Positions 1 to 10,522 of a stretch of DNA of 23,586 nucleotides are shown one piece after another (position 1 is the stretch's first letter; the number at the start of each line of letters is the position of its first letter). Position numbers and translations under genes: made by a program. The notes beneath the pieces were generated by a model. The model was not told the origin of the DNA. It made no database searches and saw only the letters and a program-made list of their open reading frames with translations. The stretch is from positions 1-23,586 of the forward strand of contig NW_021836567.1 in NCBI RefSeq assembly GCF_006345805.1. The letters are read 5' to 3'. The DNA comes from Octopus sinensis (Eukaryota).

Positions 1-234
1 CCAAACTGTTATGGAAACACTCAACTACATTTTATATGTTACGCGCTTCTTCAAGGCCAGTCATGCCTCAGTTCAAGTTGATAAGAGTCCAGAACAGCCA
101 ATCATTGGCAAAACAGCGAAAGGTATAGAGAAAAACTTATGAACTTATTTATGAGGAACGTCGCCAAACAGTCCTTCGACTGTCTCATATATTTAAAATT
201 AATTAAGGAGTTTACTTGGAGATAATCATGGAAA

Positions 235-560
235 ATAAACGTAAACTGGTCCTCCGTCGGTTACGAAGATTACTGTTCCATTTGATCCGATCAACAGAAC
301 TGCCTGTCCGTGAAATTAACGTGAAAGTGATTGAGAACTTCACAGATACGTGTACTCTACGTTAATGTGGTTCTCAGGGAGCTTCAGCGTAGCACAGAAT
401 GTGACAAGGCCGGCCCGCTTTGGATTACAGGTGCAACTCATGTTTACCAGCTGAGTGGACTAGATCAACGTGGAATAAATTGTCTTGCTCAGAGACACAG
501 CGTGCCGCCTAAAATCGAACTCACGACCTTAGGATCGCGAGTCAGACGATTCTTGACCAG
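235..560 (-). mobile_element. tRNA-derived SINE (family C), degenerate
   Basis: The reverse complement has a B-box-like GTCGTGAGTTCGATT, then a CORE-like GTGTCTCTGAGCAAGACA segment and CCACTCAGCTGG body shared with the SINE at 5031. Boundaries are approximate. Confidence 0.65.
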
Positions 561-647
561 GTAGTTCCTTGTGAACCAAACCTGACTGGACTGAGGGAGA
601 AATGCTTATTGTGCCAGCAGAAAGGTATACATAGGTACATATCCTAC

Positions 648-953
648 GATTGTTTATTCCTTCTCGAGCCATGCCCGGCTCATAAGGGCCGGCTTCCCGG
701 TTTCCTTGGCCTATGGGTTCCCCACCTGGACAGGACGCCGGTCCGTCGCAGGTGAGCTGCAAGATGCAGAAGGAAAGAGTGAGAGAAAGTTGTGGCGAAA
801 GAGTCAGCAGAAGTTAGCCATTAGCTTCTGCCGAAGCAGCGTGGAGCTTAGGTGTTTCGCTCATAAACACACAGATTGCCCGGTCTGTGATTCGAACCCG
901 CGATCCCTCGACTGCGTGTCCGCTGATCTAACCAATAGGCCATGTGCCTCCAC
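648..953 (-). mobile_element. tRNA-derived SINE (family E) with 11-bp TSD
   Basis: The minus strand begins TGGAGGCACATGGCCTATTGGTTAG (A box) ... GCGGGTTCGAATCAC (B box). It is flanked by the direct repeat ACATATCCTAC at 637-647 and 954-964. Its 3' part (GGAAACCGGG...ATGAGCC) resembles the tail of the 5031 SINE. Confidence 0.8.
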
Positions 954-1253
954 ACATATCCTACAAGTCAGGTATTACCAAAAACATTGGCAGAATTAAC
1001 AGCCTTTCCTGGATCCGCAATAAATATATCACATCTCACCTACAAGACAACGCCTTTGTTATCCAAGAAAAGAAGATAGCTACTAAGTACCTGATCAACA
1101 AGAAAGATAAGGATTTCTATAAAGTTCTGATAGAAAATATCGATTGTACGATACCATTGTAGACAACATAACTCACATCAACAGCATCTGTCTAAAAATG
1201 ATTGTAAGACACTACTTTCAATGAGGCATGACACTGTCACTATTAATAATCCA

Positions 1254-1390
1254 ACGGGCTTCTTTACAGTTTCCGCCTACCCAATTTCACTTGCAAAGTT
1301 TTAGTCGACCCGATGCTATAGAAAATAAATGTTGCCCAGTGCACTGCGGAATCGAAACCGGCACGTCATAATTGTGGATGTACTTCTAAA
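1254..1390 (-). mobile_element. Old, degenerate 5' part of SINE family B
   Basis: GGGCTCTTTACAGTTTCCGCCTACCCAATTTCAC...GCTATAG aligns by eye to GGGCTTCTTTCAGTTTCCGTCTACCAAATCCA...GCTATAG of the 20036 copy. Confidence 0.6.
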
Positions 1391-1404
1391 TCATTTAATC
1401 ATAC

Positions 1405-1424
1405 TGTGACTTCATACATACAAA

Positions 1425-1461
<37 letters not shown>

Positions 1462-1819
1462 TGTATGCATGTGTATACACACACATACATACATAAATAC
1501 ATACATGCATACATACATACATACAACCATACATACATACATGCATACATACATACATACATACATACATACATACATACGTACATACATACATGCAAAC
1601 ATACATACATGCAAACATACATACATACATACATGCATACATACATACATACAAATATACATACATACATATAAATATGACTTCGTACATACAAAATATA
1701 TATGTGTGTATGGGTGTATGTATGTATGTGTATACACACACATACATACATACATACATACATACATACATACATACATACATACAAACATACATACATA
1801 CAAACATACATACATGCAA

Positions 1820-1850
<31 letters not shown>

Positions 1851-1960
1851 AATATATACATACATACATGCATATAAATATATAAATATATACATACATA
1901 CATACATACATAAATACATACATACATACATACATATAGATATATACATACATACATACA

Positions 1961-1992
<32 letters not shown>

Positions 1993-2034
1993 GATATATA
2001 CATACATACATACATACATACATACATACATACA

Positions 2035-2065
<31 letters not shown>
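1405..2065. repeat. Compound (TG)n/(TACA)n microsatellite with an internal ~271-bp duplication
   Basis: Direct reading. The non-repetitive marker TGACTTCRTACATACAAAATATAT occurs at about 1407 and about 1678. Confidence 0.95.
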
Positions 2066-2067
<2 letters not shown>

Positions 2068-3089
2068 CGCCACATCATTTACTCGTCTTCTGGAAGAAGC
2101 TTATGCAAAGTCTTAATTTCAAATACTTATGATAATATGTTTGTATATGCGTATGTCTATGTATATGAATATATGTATGTGTAAGTATGCATGTGTGTGT
2201 ATGTATGCTTGTGTATATGTGCTTGTGTATGTGTGTGTACAATCCCTTTGAAATAAAAGTTTTGCATCAACGTCCTTCCAAAAGACGAGGAAATAACGTG
2301 ATGCTAAATAAAATATGCAATTCAAAAGAAAAAAATATATATATATAAACTGACAAAAGAAAAAAAAAATCAAGCAAAAAAAAAACCCCAGCCATCTATA
2401 CAATCAAATTCAGTGTCTACTTCCCATATATGGTAATAGGATTGCTTTATGCATATATCAACATATATTAACACAGTTGTCTCCCCTATTTCTACATCTC
2501 CACTGAAATATCAATTAGTGTGAACGCTGTATAAAACAGACCTGCAAACTATTTAGAACCTATATAGTTAGTAGGTCGATATGTTTACCAAAACTGCACA
2601 TGGTGCCAAACAATCTATTTAGTCTTTTGCTTTCGTGTATCTTAAATTTGTTTATATCTATTTATCTCTTTATCGCTATCTCAGTATTTTATTTTTCTTT
2701 CTTTACCGCTGTAGCCTTCAGTACATTTTGCTCTTCTCTATCTCCATTTTTCTCTCATTCTCTCTCTCTCTCTCTCTCAACCTCTATATTTCTTTGTCTC
2801 TATCCTTACCTCTATGTCTTTTAGGTGTTTGTACTTTTAAAATGATTCAAAAACAAATATATACAAATGTATAAATCAATAATCCTTCATGAAAATGAAA
2901 ACAGTTGATTCAATTACCCGTCATATTGGAAATATATTTGCAGTCGCCATTTTGTATTTGATGAATATTGCCAGGAATCATCCGAACAGTTATGAAATTA
3001 GTATATAGCTCAGTATCTTTCACTTCAATGTCATTCTCCTCCCTTGCCTCATTATAATATTGAACTGTACAATAATGTGAAAAATTGTA

Positions 3090-3975
3090 GTGCTATACAA
3101 TGCAGTAGAGTGCAATGCAAAATAACAGAGTGCACTGGGGTATATTGCAGTAAAATAACCATAGAGCAGAGTACAGTGCAATGCAGTAGAGTACGGTGGG
3201 ATAAAACAGAGTATAGGAAAAAGCAGTATGATGCAGTACGGTAAAATGGAGTAAAATATAAGAGTACGATTCAGTGTTGTGTAGTACAGTGAAAAATATT
3301 ACAATATTACAGTACGGTACAGATTGATACAGTAAAATACACTAGTGTAGAATACAGTACAACATAGTACAGTATAGGACAATATGGTATAATAAAATAC
3401 AGCTGTATACGGTATAGTACAATAAAGTACAGCAAAGTACAGTGGAATACGGTGCAATATCACGCAGTACAGAACGGTGGGGAACATACATCACGCATAA
3501 TATATGATAATACAGTACAATGAAATACAGCTGTATACAGTACTGTACAATAAAGTACAGCAAAGTATAGTGGAATACAGTACAATAAAGTACATCAAAG
3601 TACAGTGGAATGCAGTACAATAAGATACAGTACAGAACGGTGGGGAACATACATCACGCATAATATATGATAATACAGTACAATGAAATACAGCTGTATA
3701 CAGTACTGTACAATAAAGTACAGCAAAGTACAGTGGGATACAGAACAATAAAGTACAGCAGAGTACAGTGGAATATAGTACAATACGACACGGTACAGAA
3801 CGGTGGGGAACATACACCACAGTATAATGTATGACAATACAGCATAGTGCAAGACACTACGGTAAAATACAAGACCGTACATTAAAAGCTGTACAATGTA
3901 TTACTGTTTAATATTCTACATTAAAGCACAATATAATACCGTACAGTATATTACAGTACAATGCAATACAGTTTC
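3090..3975. repeat. Degenerate pentamer (TACAG/AGTAC) satellite with 163-bp higher-order repeat
   Basis: 5-nt periodicity throughout. The marker AGAACGGTGGGGAACATACA starts at 3471, 3634 and 3797 (spacing 163). Confidence 0.9.
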
Positions 3976-4540
3976 ACGATCTCTTGGAGAAGTAAGCGCT
4001 ACGTTTTCTCACTTCACGAGGATCCGCCTTACGAGATTCTGGGTTTGCGAGTTTTGTTTTTCAAGCACAAAATCTAAAGTTTGAATGAAGTGAAAACGTT
4101 TCTACTACCATAACAAATGCTTCTGGGTGTTACCGAGAAATTTATAGAAAGCGAAAAAAGCTTCTAAGAAAACAACTCTAGACTTGTTTTTCTAAAAGAA
4201 ATCTACAAGTCCGTCTACGAGTGCTTGTGAATCGCCGATCGCGTCTACAAGTGATGGTGTGCGCAAGTGTAGCGCGAGTGAATGTGATTCAGAAAATAAT
4301 TATAATAATATTTTCTTATCATAAACGATCTGGACATTCTTTTTACTTTACATAAAATATTCTTTACATCCTACTGTTGTTTTATTGCCTTTTCTTTACG
4401 AGTATTATAAATCTTATAGGTAAAATATTTTTTCTGGGAACGAATTACGATCTATAACATTGCTACTATGGGAAATTGTTGCTCTGTTTTACGAGCGGTC
4501 TCTGGGAACAAATTAACTCGTATAGTGAGGCATTATTGTA
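3975..4540. mobile_element. pogo/Tigger-like non-autonomous DNA transposon remnant
   Basis: The right end GGAACAAATTAACTCGTATAGTGAGGCATTATTG+TA resembles Tigger-type termini, and there are repeated subterminal (T)TACGAG motifs. The left terminal inverted repeat (TIR) was not clearly found. Confidence 0.45.
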
Positions 4541-4619
4541 TATTGTATTGCTTTTCTCAGATTCCTGGGGGAGCTTGAATATGTTCTGCCAGTCGATTTA
4601 TCTTATATTTGTGTTAGAT

Positions 4620-4727
4620 GGGCCATTCATATGATTTGGGCCGTTCATATGATTTGGGCCATTCATATGATTTGGGCCATTCATATGATTTGGGCCATTC
4701 ATATGATGTGGGCCGTTCATATGATTT
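4620..4727. repeat. 18-bp minisatellite, 6 copies (GCCATTCATATGATTTGG)
   Basis: Six adjacent units with no spacers. Each contains the palindrome TCATATGA. Confidence 0.95.
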
Positions 4728-4767
4728 GATTTGACATTAAGGAGTGGAACGTACAATTTCCTGTAAT

Positions 4768-4950
4768 TCAAATCACGTCATAGTCCCAAACAGACAAAAT
4801 GGGAAAGGCGTTGCCCCGGAGGATGGCGAGGGAGATGCCTAGGAATAGTCGCTCTGGCTTGCGGGGCTCCCACTTGCGGATAACCATCTTCGCTCTGATA
4901 GCGGTGAGGAAGGATATGGCCCGAGGGCCGAGAACGCCGGTAATGCATTT
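4768..4950 (-). mobile_element. C-terminal fragment of a restriction-like-endonuclease non-LTR retrotransposon (CRE-like)
   Basis: The translation GVLGPRAISFL...EPR...LFLGISLAILRGNA matches the recalled CRE-clade C-terminal pattern ETLGxWGPxAxxFL...EPR...FLxQRxSxAIQRGNA. Confidence 0.65.
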
Positions 4951-5030
4951 CAGTGCATGGCAGGGCAACACATTACAGCCCAGTATATCATTGTATGGGG
5001 GGGGGGAAATGCAGTATAATGTTGTACATT

Positions 5031-5274
5031 GTGGAGGCGCGTGGCTTAGTGGTTAGGGTGTCAGCATCATAATCGTAAGATTGTGGTTTCGATTCCTGGA
5101 CCGGGCGACGCGTTGTGTTCTTGAGCAAAACGCTTCATTTCACGTTGCCCCAGCCCGCTCAGCTGGCAAAAATGAGTAACGTCCAGCAGGGGAACACATA
5201 CGCCATTGAAACTGGGAAACCGGGCCCATGAGCCTGCTAGGCTTTAAAAAAGGGCCCATTTATTTATTTTGTAA
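5031..5274 (+). mobile_element. tRNA-derived SINE (family D) with 16-bp TSD
   Basis: A box GGCTTAGTGGTTAG, B box GGTTTCGATTCC, CORE-like GTTGTGTTCTTGAGCAAAAC and a (TTTA)n tail. The TSD TATAATGTTGTACATT is at 5015-5030 and 5275-5290. Confidence 0.85.
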
Positions 5275-5434
5275 TATAATGTTGTACATTACAACACAAC
5301 AGACTAAAGTACAATAGAGTACTGTCGAGTAGAGTACAGTAGAGTACCATATAAGCTTCTACGTGATGCATGTGTGTGTTCCAACATAGACGTCTTACCA
5401 AAAATACAACTTTGTGTAAACTTTCACATGCTAT

Positions 5435-5589
5435 TATGTACACACACACACACACACACACACGTACATGCATACATACATACATACATTCATACATACA
5501 TACATACATACATACACACACACCGTATATATATATATATATATACACCGTATATATATATATATATACGGTGTGTGTATGCATAATAC

Positions 5590-5632
<43 letters not shown>

Positions 5633-5880
5633 GTGTGTGTGTGTGTGTTGTTGTGTAAAATTACACACAGGCATATTGCAGATATATAAACTCAGATATG
5701 TGTGCATGTGCTTGTGTCTACATGTATAGCTATATACGTATGTGAATGCACATGCGCATATACACACATGCATGAAATCTAGTCTCCCAACACTACACAC
5801 ACACACACACACGACACACACTCACACACACACACAATCATACACACACACAATCATACACACACACAATCATACACACA
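5435..5880. repeat. Compound (CA)n/(TACA)n/(TA)n/(TG)n microsatellites
   Basis: Direct reading. Confidence 0.9.
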
Positions 5881-6181
5881 TGTAATCGATACTGTCCATA
5901 CAACATCCGTAATTTGAGTCTTTTCAAGCCATTCCCCATACCGTCTATTCTGTGTCTTATTGATGATATATTGACCACTGTCCGAGATTGGAGGACTGGT
6001 GCACTTCGTTGAGGATCGATCGATACTCTGCCATATCATGTCCGAAGGTGTCGAGTTGTAAGATCGAATCCGCGTGTGTGTAGAGCGGAGTGTCCCGACA
6101 ACTTCAACTAAGGTTGTTCATTGTACCATTGTACTCTCGAGCATGCGAAATCTAGCGACGTATTGGCCTGACACTTGAAGA

Positions 6182-6182
<1 letters not shown>

Positions 6183-6260
<78 letters not shown>

Positions 6261-6298
6261 GCATACACGCTCACGCACACAGACACACAGACACACAG

Positions 6299-6334
<36 letters not shown>

Positions 6335-6345
6335 ACGCCCGACCG
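6183..6345. repeat. (CA)n microsatellite
   Basis: Direct reading. Confidence 0.95.
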
Positions 6346-6410
6346 CACACGCACAGTCGTCTTGAACATTCTATCTCTAGTTTATGATTGGTCTTAAGTT
6401 GGTCGTAGTA

Positions 6411-6958
6411 TGAGGGTGAGTCAAAAAGTAACGTCCTTTTGTCTAGGACTGATATAATCACCAACACAGGAACATGTATCATACATCAAATTGAAGCTGG
6501 TCCTCTGTGGATCACATCCCTACTCCTCAACATAGTCACCGTTTCTCTCAATAGCAATGTTTCACCTTCGAGTGAGAGCATGTATCCCTGCCCCGTAAAA
6601 TTCTGTTGACTGTTCTTTGAGCGACTTCTTCACTTCAGTTTTCACTTCCTTGTCACTGGAATAATGTTTGCCTCTCAAACCCTCTTTCATGAGGCCGAAG
6701 AGATGATAGTCCAGTGACAAAGAAGTGAAAACTGTAGTGAAGAAGGGACTCAAAGTACAGTCAACTTAATTTTACGGGGCAGGGATACATGCTCTAATTC
6801 GAAGGGGGAACATTGCTATTGAGAGAACGAGTGACTATGTTGAGAAGTAGGGATGTGAGCCACAGAGGACCAGCTTCATTTTAGTGTATGATACATGTTC
6901 CTGTGTTGGTAATTATACCTGTCCTAAACAAAATGGCATTACTTTTGACTCACCCTCG
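6411..6958. mobile_element. Palindromic mariner MITE made of two transposase 3' ends
   Basis: TA TSDs at 6409-10 and 6959-60; termini (C/T)GAGGGTGAGTCAAAA. Arms 6411-6659 and 6711-6958 are inverted copies. The minus strand encodes DYHLFGLMKEGLRGKHYSSDKEVK, the mariner catalytic-domain C-terminus. Confidence 0.9.
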
Positions 6959-7139
6959 TATTAAGACGGATAGTTCTCCTGCGTTGCTGTGGTTACGGTG
7001 GTTACTGAGCTGTTATGATTACTTTGTGACTATCAAGCTTTAATTCTTTTCATGTGTATATATAAGCTTCATCATCATCCTCCTCATCATCATAATCCTC
7101 ATCATCACCCTCGTATATAAGTGCCGATCACTTAAAGAG

Positions 7140-7290
7140 GGGGGAGAGTTGTGGAAGAGGGAGATTCAGGAAGACATGGAACGAAGTATTGAAGATTGAA
7201 GATTAAAGATTAAAGATTGAAGATTAATCTCAAAATGCTGAGATTTACGAAGGAGACGCCTGACTGACCGTTATAAGACTCGAGCATAAC
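7140..7290 (+). mobile_element. Degenerate RTE-type LINE ORF2 C-terminal fragment
   Basis: Translates RGRFRKTWNEVLK, matching the RGRPRKTW-type end of RTE ORF2. Confidence 0.5.
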
Positions 7291-8051
7291 ACACCGGTTT
7301 TGTATCACTTCCGCTGTCCTTGACGTTCTCTTCAACATCTGTCTGCGTTCGGAGAGAGACCGCCATTACTCCCGTATCTGCCCGGAACAGAAATTAAGAC
7401 CGTTGGGTCCGTTGTCTGTCCAGACATCGGACCCAAAGGTTTTAATTCTCATCGTCTTTTCATTTAACCCCCACCCTTTCTCCACTTCACAGACACTTAC
7501 ACACACCACCTACCTCATATTTTCCTACAGTCCTCACATTAAAAAGACCACACATACACACACACTCACATTGCATCGATTAACAAACACATCACCAAAC
7601 AATCTAACACATTCAAACAATGAACATGCACTTATACACACACAAAGAAGAACGTTGATACACTCACACTCACACACACGCACAAACACACACACACAGA
7701 TAGCCTATAGGCTCGGTTACCATATAGAAGAGAGAAGAGCACTTAGCATCAGTTTGGTAGTGTTAATTATAATGCAAATGCCAGCATATGTTACGAATGG
7801 TTCTGTGAATTTACGTCATACTTGCGTAAAGCATTCGCCAGGCGTACAAGCAACTGACAATTGTCTTGAATACAACCGAACTACAATGCCGTGAGTGCCC
7901 GGTTAAATTTTGAAGTGTGACCTTTAACACGTGTCGATACTCAGCGTACGCATATAAATCCATGCACCGCACACATACACACATACACACACACACACAC
8001 ACGCCCACATGCATTTATACTTATGCATATTTGTACAAATATTCACATATA

Positions 8052-8086
<35 letters not shown>

Positions 8087-8245
8087 GGCGTAGGAGTGGC
8101 TGTGTGGTAAGTAGCTTGCTTACCAACCACATGGTTCCGGGTTCAGCGTAGCACGTTGGGCAAGTGTCTTCTACTATAGCCTCGGGCCGACTAAAGCCTT
8201 GTGAGTGGATTTGGTAGACGGAAACTGTAAGAAGCCCGTCGTATA
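8087..8245 (+). mobile_element. SINE family B, 5' half (tRNA head plus CORE-like domain)
   Basis: GGCGTAGGAGTGGCTGTGTGGTAAG (A box), GGTTCCGGGTTCA (B-box region) and TTGGGCAAGTGTCTT (MIR-CORE-like). Near-identical to the copies at 14565, 20036 and 21122. Confidence 0.85.
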
Positions 8246-8304
8246 TATGTATATATATGTATGCGTTCTCCTACAGTAGCATCCACCCATAATATATATA
8301 TATA

Positions 8305-8435
8305 CAGGGTGTCCCAAAAAAATGTATACACATAGTGGTTCGGCAAAAGAGAACGATAGAATAAGTACTAGGCTTACAAAGAATAACAAATTTACAATTA
8401 TTTAAGGTGTGTATACATTTTTGGGGGACACCCTG
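8305..8435. mobile_element. 131-bp Tc1/mariner-type MITE carrying a SINE B fragment
   Basis: 28-bp TIRs CAGGGTGTCCCAAAAAAATGTATACACA / TGTGTATACATTTTTGGGGGACACCCTG (2 mismatches) and TA flanks. Internal 8333-8386 matches the SINE B 3' body. Confidence 0.8.
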
Positions 8436-8549
8436 TATATATGTATGTATGTATGTTTGCATATATAACATAATTGATGGAGAACAGATAGTTTTATTTA
8501 GCACGACGATCGCGCTTCCCTATCATTTAATTAAGATATGCCAAACATA

Positions 8550-8825
8550 CACCGAGGAGTTTCTTACGTAGATCCTGGGACTAAAGTGCAATACCGCGGA
8601 TGACGCCTGGTAGCCAACCTGCGTGTGTACCGTTGGCGATTTTTTACCCTCCGTCTTCCCTTCTCTGGATCTTTCCTTTTCCTATGTTTCCGACGAAGAG
8701 CTCCGCTCGAAACGTTAAACCTTCCTTCTTCCCTTCCTTCTTGAGCGTCCAATAATACTATATATTTGTTCGACGTCCTCGCGTTGTTGTGTTTTCTCTT
8801 TGTGTTTTCATGCTTGGATTAACTA
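8550..8825 (+). mobile_element. Penelope-like element terminal-repeat (pLTR) remnant
   Basis: Contains a hammerhead-like motif at 8686-8720 and ends against a (TA)n run, as the related copies do. The left boundary is uncertain. Confidence 0.5.
8686..8720 (+). ncRNA. Minimal type I hammerhead-ribozyme-like motif (variant core CCGACGA)
   Basis: Stem I GTTT/AAAC; core CCGACGA+A; stem II GAGC-TCC-GCTC; GAA; palindromic stem III ACGT; putative cleavage after GUU. Confidence 0.6.
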
Positions 8826-9527
8826 TATATATATAGAGAGAGAGAGATATACATATGTGGTCTGATCGATAAGTTTACGGACTGTTGCCATAGTAACGAA
8901 GCTAAAGCACCAGAACAAAGCTGCTCGGCATAGATTGACCTTGGACTCTGTTAAGTATGCGCACTAAGTTTTAACGTTCTAGTTTACTTCCGCTGTTTAC
9001 AGCAGTGTTTGGATGGAAGGTATGTACAGCTTGATCGTCGCAGTGACCATGACAGAGAAAGTTGAGCATAGAATCTGCATCAAATTTTGCAAAAAGCTTG
9101 GCGATACCTGCTCAGAGATCTACGCAAGTTTTCAAAAAGTCCTCATTGTTCTCGACACAATCAAGATTTTGTGCAACTGAAACCCGAGTGTCTTTTTGGT
9201 CAGCTGAAAGCAGTTTTGGCACAAATTTGGCAGACGCGCGTCTCATACCCAAATCTTCAGTGATAATGGACTGAACTGAACCGTAACTAATCTGCACATC
9301 CTCTGATAACTCACGGATGGTGATTCGACGATTTCCCCTCACAGCTGCACGCACATCTGCAATGTTTTTCTCAGTTCTGTTGGTTTCATGTCTCGCAGAA
9401 CGTTCGTCAATATCGACATTTTTTCAGCCATCTTGAAAACGTCTGAACCACTCATACACTTGTGTGCGGCTCATACACTCTTCTCCATACACTTTCTGCA
9501 ACTTTGCGTAGACCTCTGAGCAGGTAT

Positions 9528-9756
9528 CTGTTTCTTTACTACCCACAAGGGGCTAAACACAGAGGACAAACAAGGACAGACAAATGGATTAAGTCGATTA
9601 CATCGACCCCAGTGCGTAACTGGTACTTAATTTATCGACCCCGAAAGGATGAAAGGCAAAGTCAACCTCGGCGGAATTTGAACTCAGAACGTAACGCAGA
9701 CGAAATACGGCTACGCATTTCGCCCGGCGTGCGAACGGTTCAGCCAGCTCGCCGCC
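9528..9756 (-). mobile_element. tRNA-derived SINE family A with 6-bp TSD
   Basis: The minus strand starts GGCGGCGAGCTGGCTGAACCGTTCGCAC, with B-box-like GAGTTCAAATTCC. The TSD AGGTAT is at 9522-27 and 9757-62. Confidence 0.9.
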
Positions 9757-9774
9757 AGGTATCACCATGTCAAA

Positions 9775-10005
9775 GGCGGCGAGCTGGCAGAATCGTTAGC
9801 ACGCTGGACGGAATGACTAGCGGTATTTCGTCTGCCACTACGTTCTGAGTTCAAAATCCGCCGAGGTCGACTTTGCCTTTCATCCTTTCGGGGTCGATTA
9901 AATAAGTACCAGTTACGCACTGGAGTCGATGTAATCGACTTAATCCGTTTGTCTGTCCTTGTTTGTCCTCTCTGTGTTTAGCCCCTTGTGGGTAGTAAAA
10001 GAAAT
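9775..10005 (+). mobile_element. tRNA-derived SINE family A with 17-bp TSD
   Basis: Starts GGCGGCGAGCTGGCAGAATCGTTAGCAC. The TSD AGGTATCACCATGTCAA is at 9757-73 and 10006-22. Confidence 0.9.
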
Positions 10006-10377
10006 AGGTATCACCATGTCAACTGTCTCTGTCATGGTCAATGCGACGATAACACGCTACACACCTTCCTGCCAAGCATTGCTGTAAACAGCGGAAAGTG
10101 AGCTGAAACGTTAAAACTAATACGCATGCACAGCAGAGCTCAGGGTCAACTTTTCCCAAGTGGCTTCACTCTGCGTGCTTTAGCTTCGTTACTATACCAA
10201 CAGTCCGGATACTTATTGATCAGACCTCGTATATAGTAAGATCAGTTAAATCGACAACCCCTGGTACTTAGAATTTAGTTATTGGTTATTCGGAAAGATA
10301 AAAGAAGTTCTGGTTTGTGCAGGAATTGAACTCAGAACATTGAAATAAACTGCCTTTCGTTCAATCATTAATAATTA

Positions 10378-10522
10378 ACTTCCAAATTCCGCCGTGGTCG
10401 ATTTTGCTTTTCATCCTTTTAGGGTCGATAAATTAAGTACCAGTTGCGTACTGAGGTCGATCTTATCGACTGCCCCCTCCCCCACAATTTCGGGCCTTGT
10501 GCCTAATGTAGAAAAAAAAATT
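10378..10522 (+). mobile_element. 5'-truncated SINE family A variant with A-rich tail
   Basis: AAATTCCGCCGTGGTCGATTTTGCTTTTCATCC...GTCGATAAATTAAGTACCAGTTGCG matches the 9775 copy. The 3' end differs and finishes in poly(A). Confidence 0.75.

Larger units (their letters stand above)
8856..10229. mobile_element. Non-autonomous mariner derivative built from two inward-facing 5' ends, interrupted by two SINEs
   Basis: TA flanks at 8854-55 and 10230-31; TIR (C)GAGGTCTGATCAATAAGT-like. The plus arm has ATG 9049 MTEKVEHRICIKFCKKLGDTCSEIY. The minus arm has ATG 10035 and continues to ITIRELSEDVQISYGSVQSIITEDLGMRRASAKFVPKLL (mariner helix-turn-helix region plus WVP-equivalent linker). Confidence 0.9.

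Noticed and set aside
944-1162. 72-aa lysine-rich ORF
   Set aside because: It starts inside a SINE end, has no recognisable domain and no convincing splice sites.
1395-2078. Long ORFs of MYVC/HTYI, VC/HT, poly-L/I/Y/T/S type here and at 5264-5821, 6108-6482, 10601-12266, 12551-13422, 14097-14541, 15337-15826, 18212-18660 and 20217-22421
   Set aside because: They are translations of microsatellites that lack stop codons; there is no protein-like content.
5031-5105. tRNA-like sequences with A and B boxes (also about 880-953, 8087, 9775, 14565)
   Set aside because: They continue into SINE bodies, some with TSDs, and lack a proper acceptor stem; they are SINE heads, not tRNA genes.
5521-5573. 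CACCG(TA)nCGGTG palindrome resembling a collapsed Tc2-type MITE
   Set aside because: The inverted match beyond the self-complementary TA run is only 5 bp, explainable by chance and slippage.
9112-9354. Mariner ORF as an active transposase (also 6562-6753)
   Set aside because: These are fragments with stops, deletions, inversions and SINE insertions; there is no complete DD34D domain.
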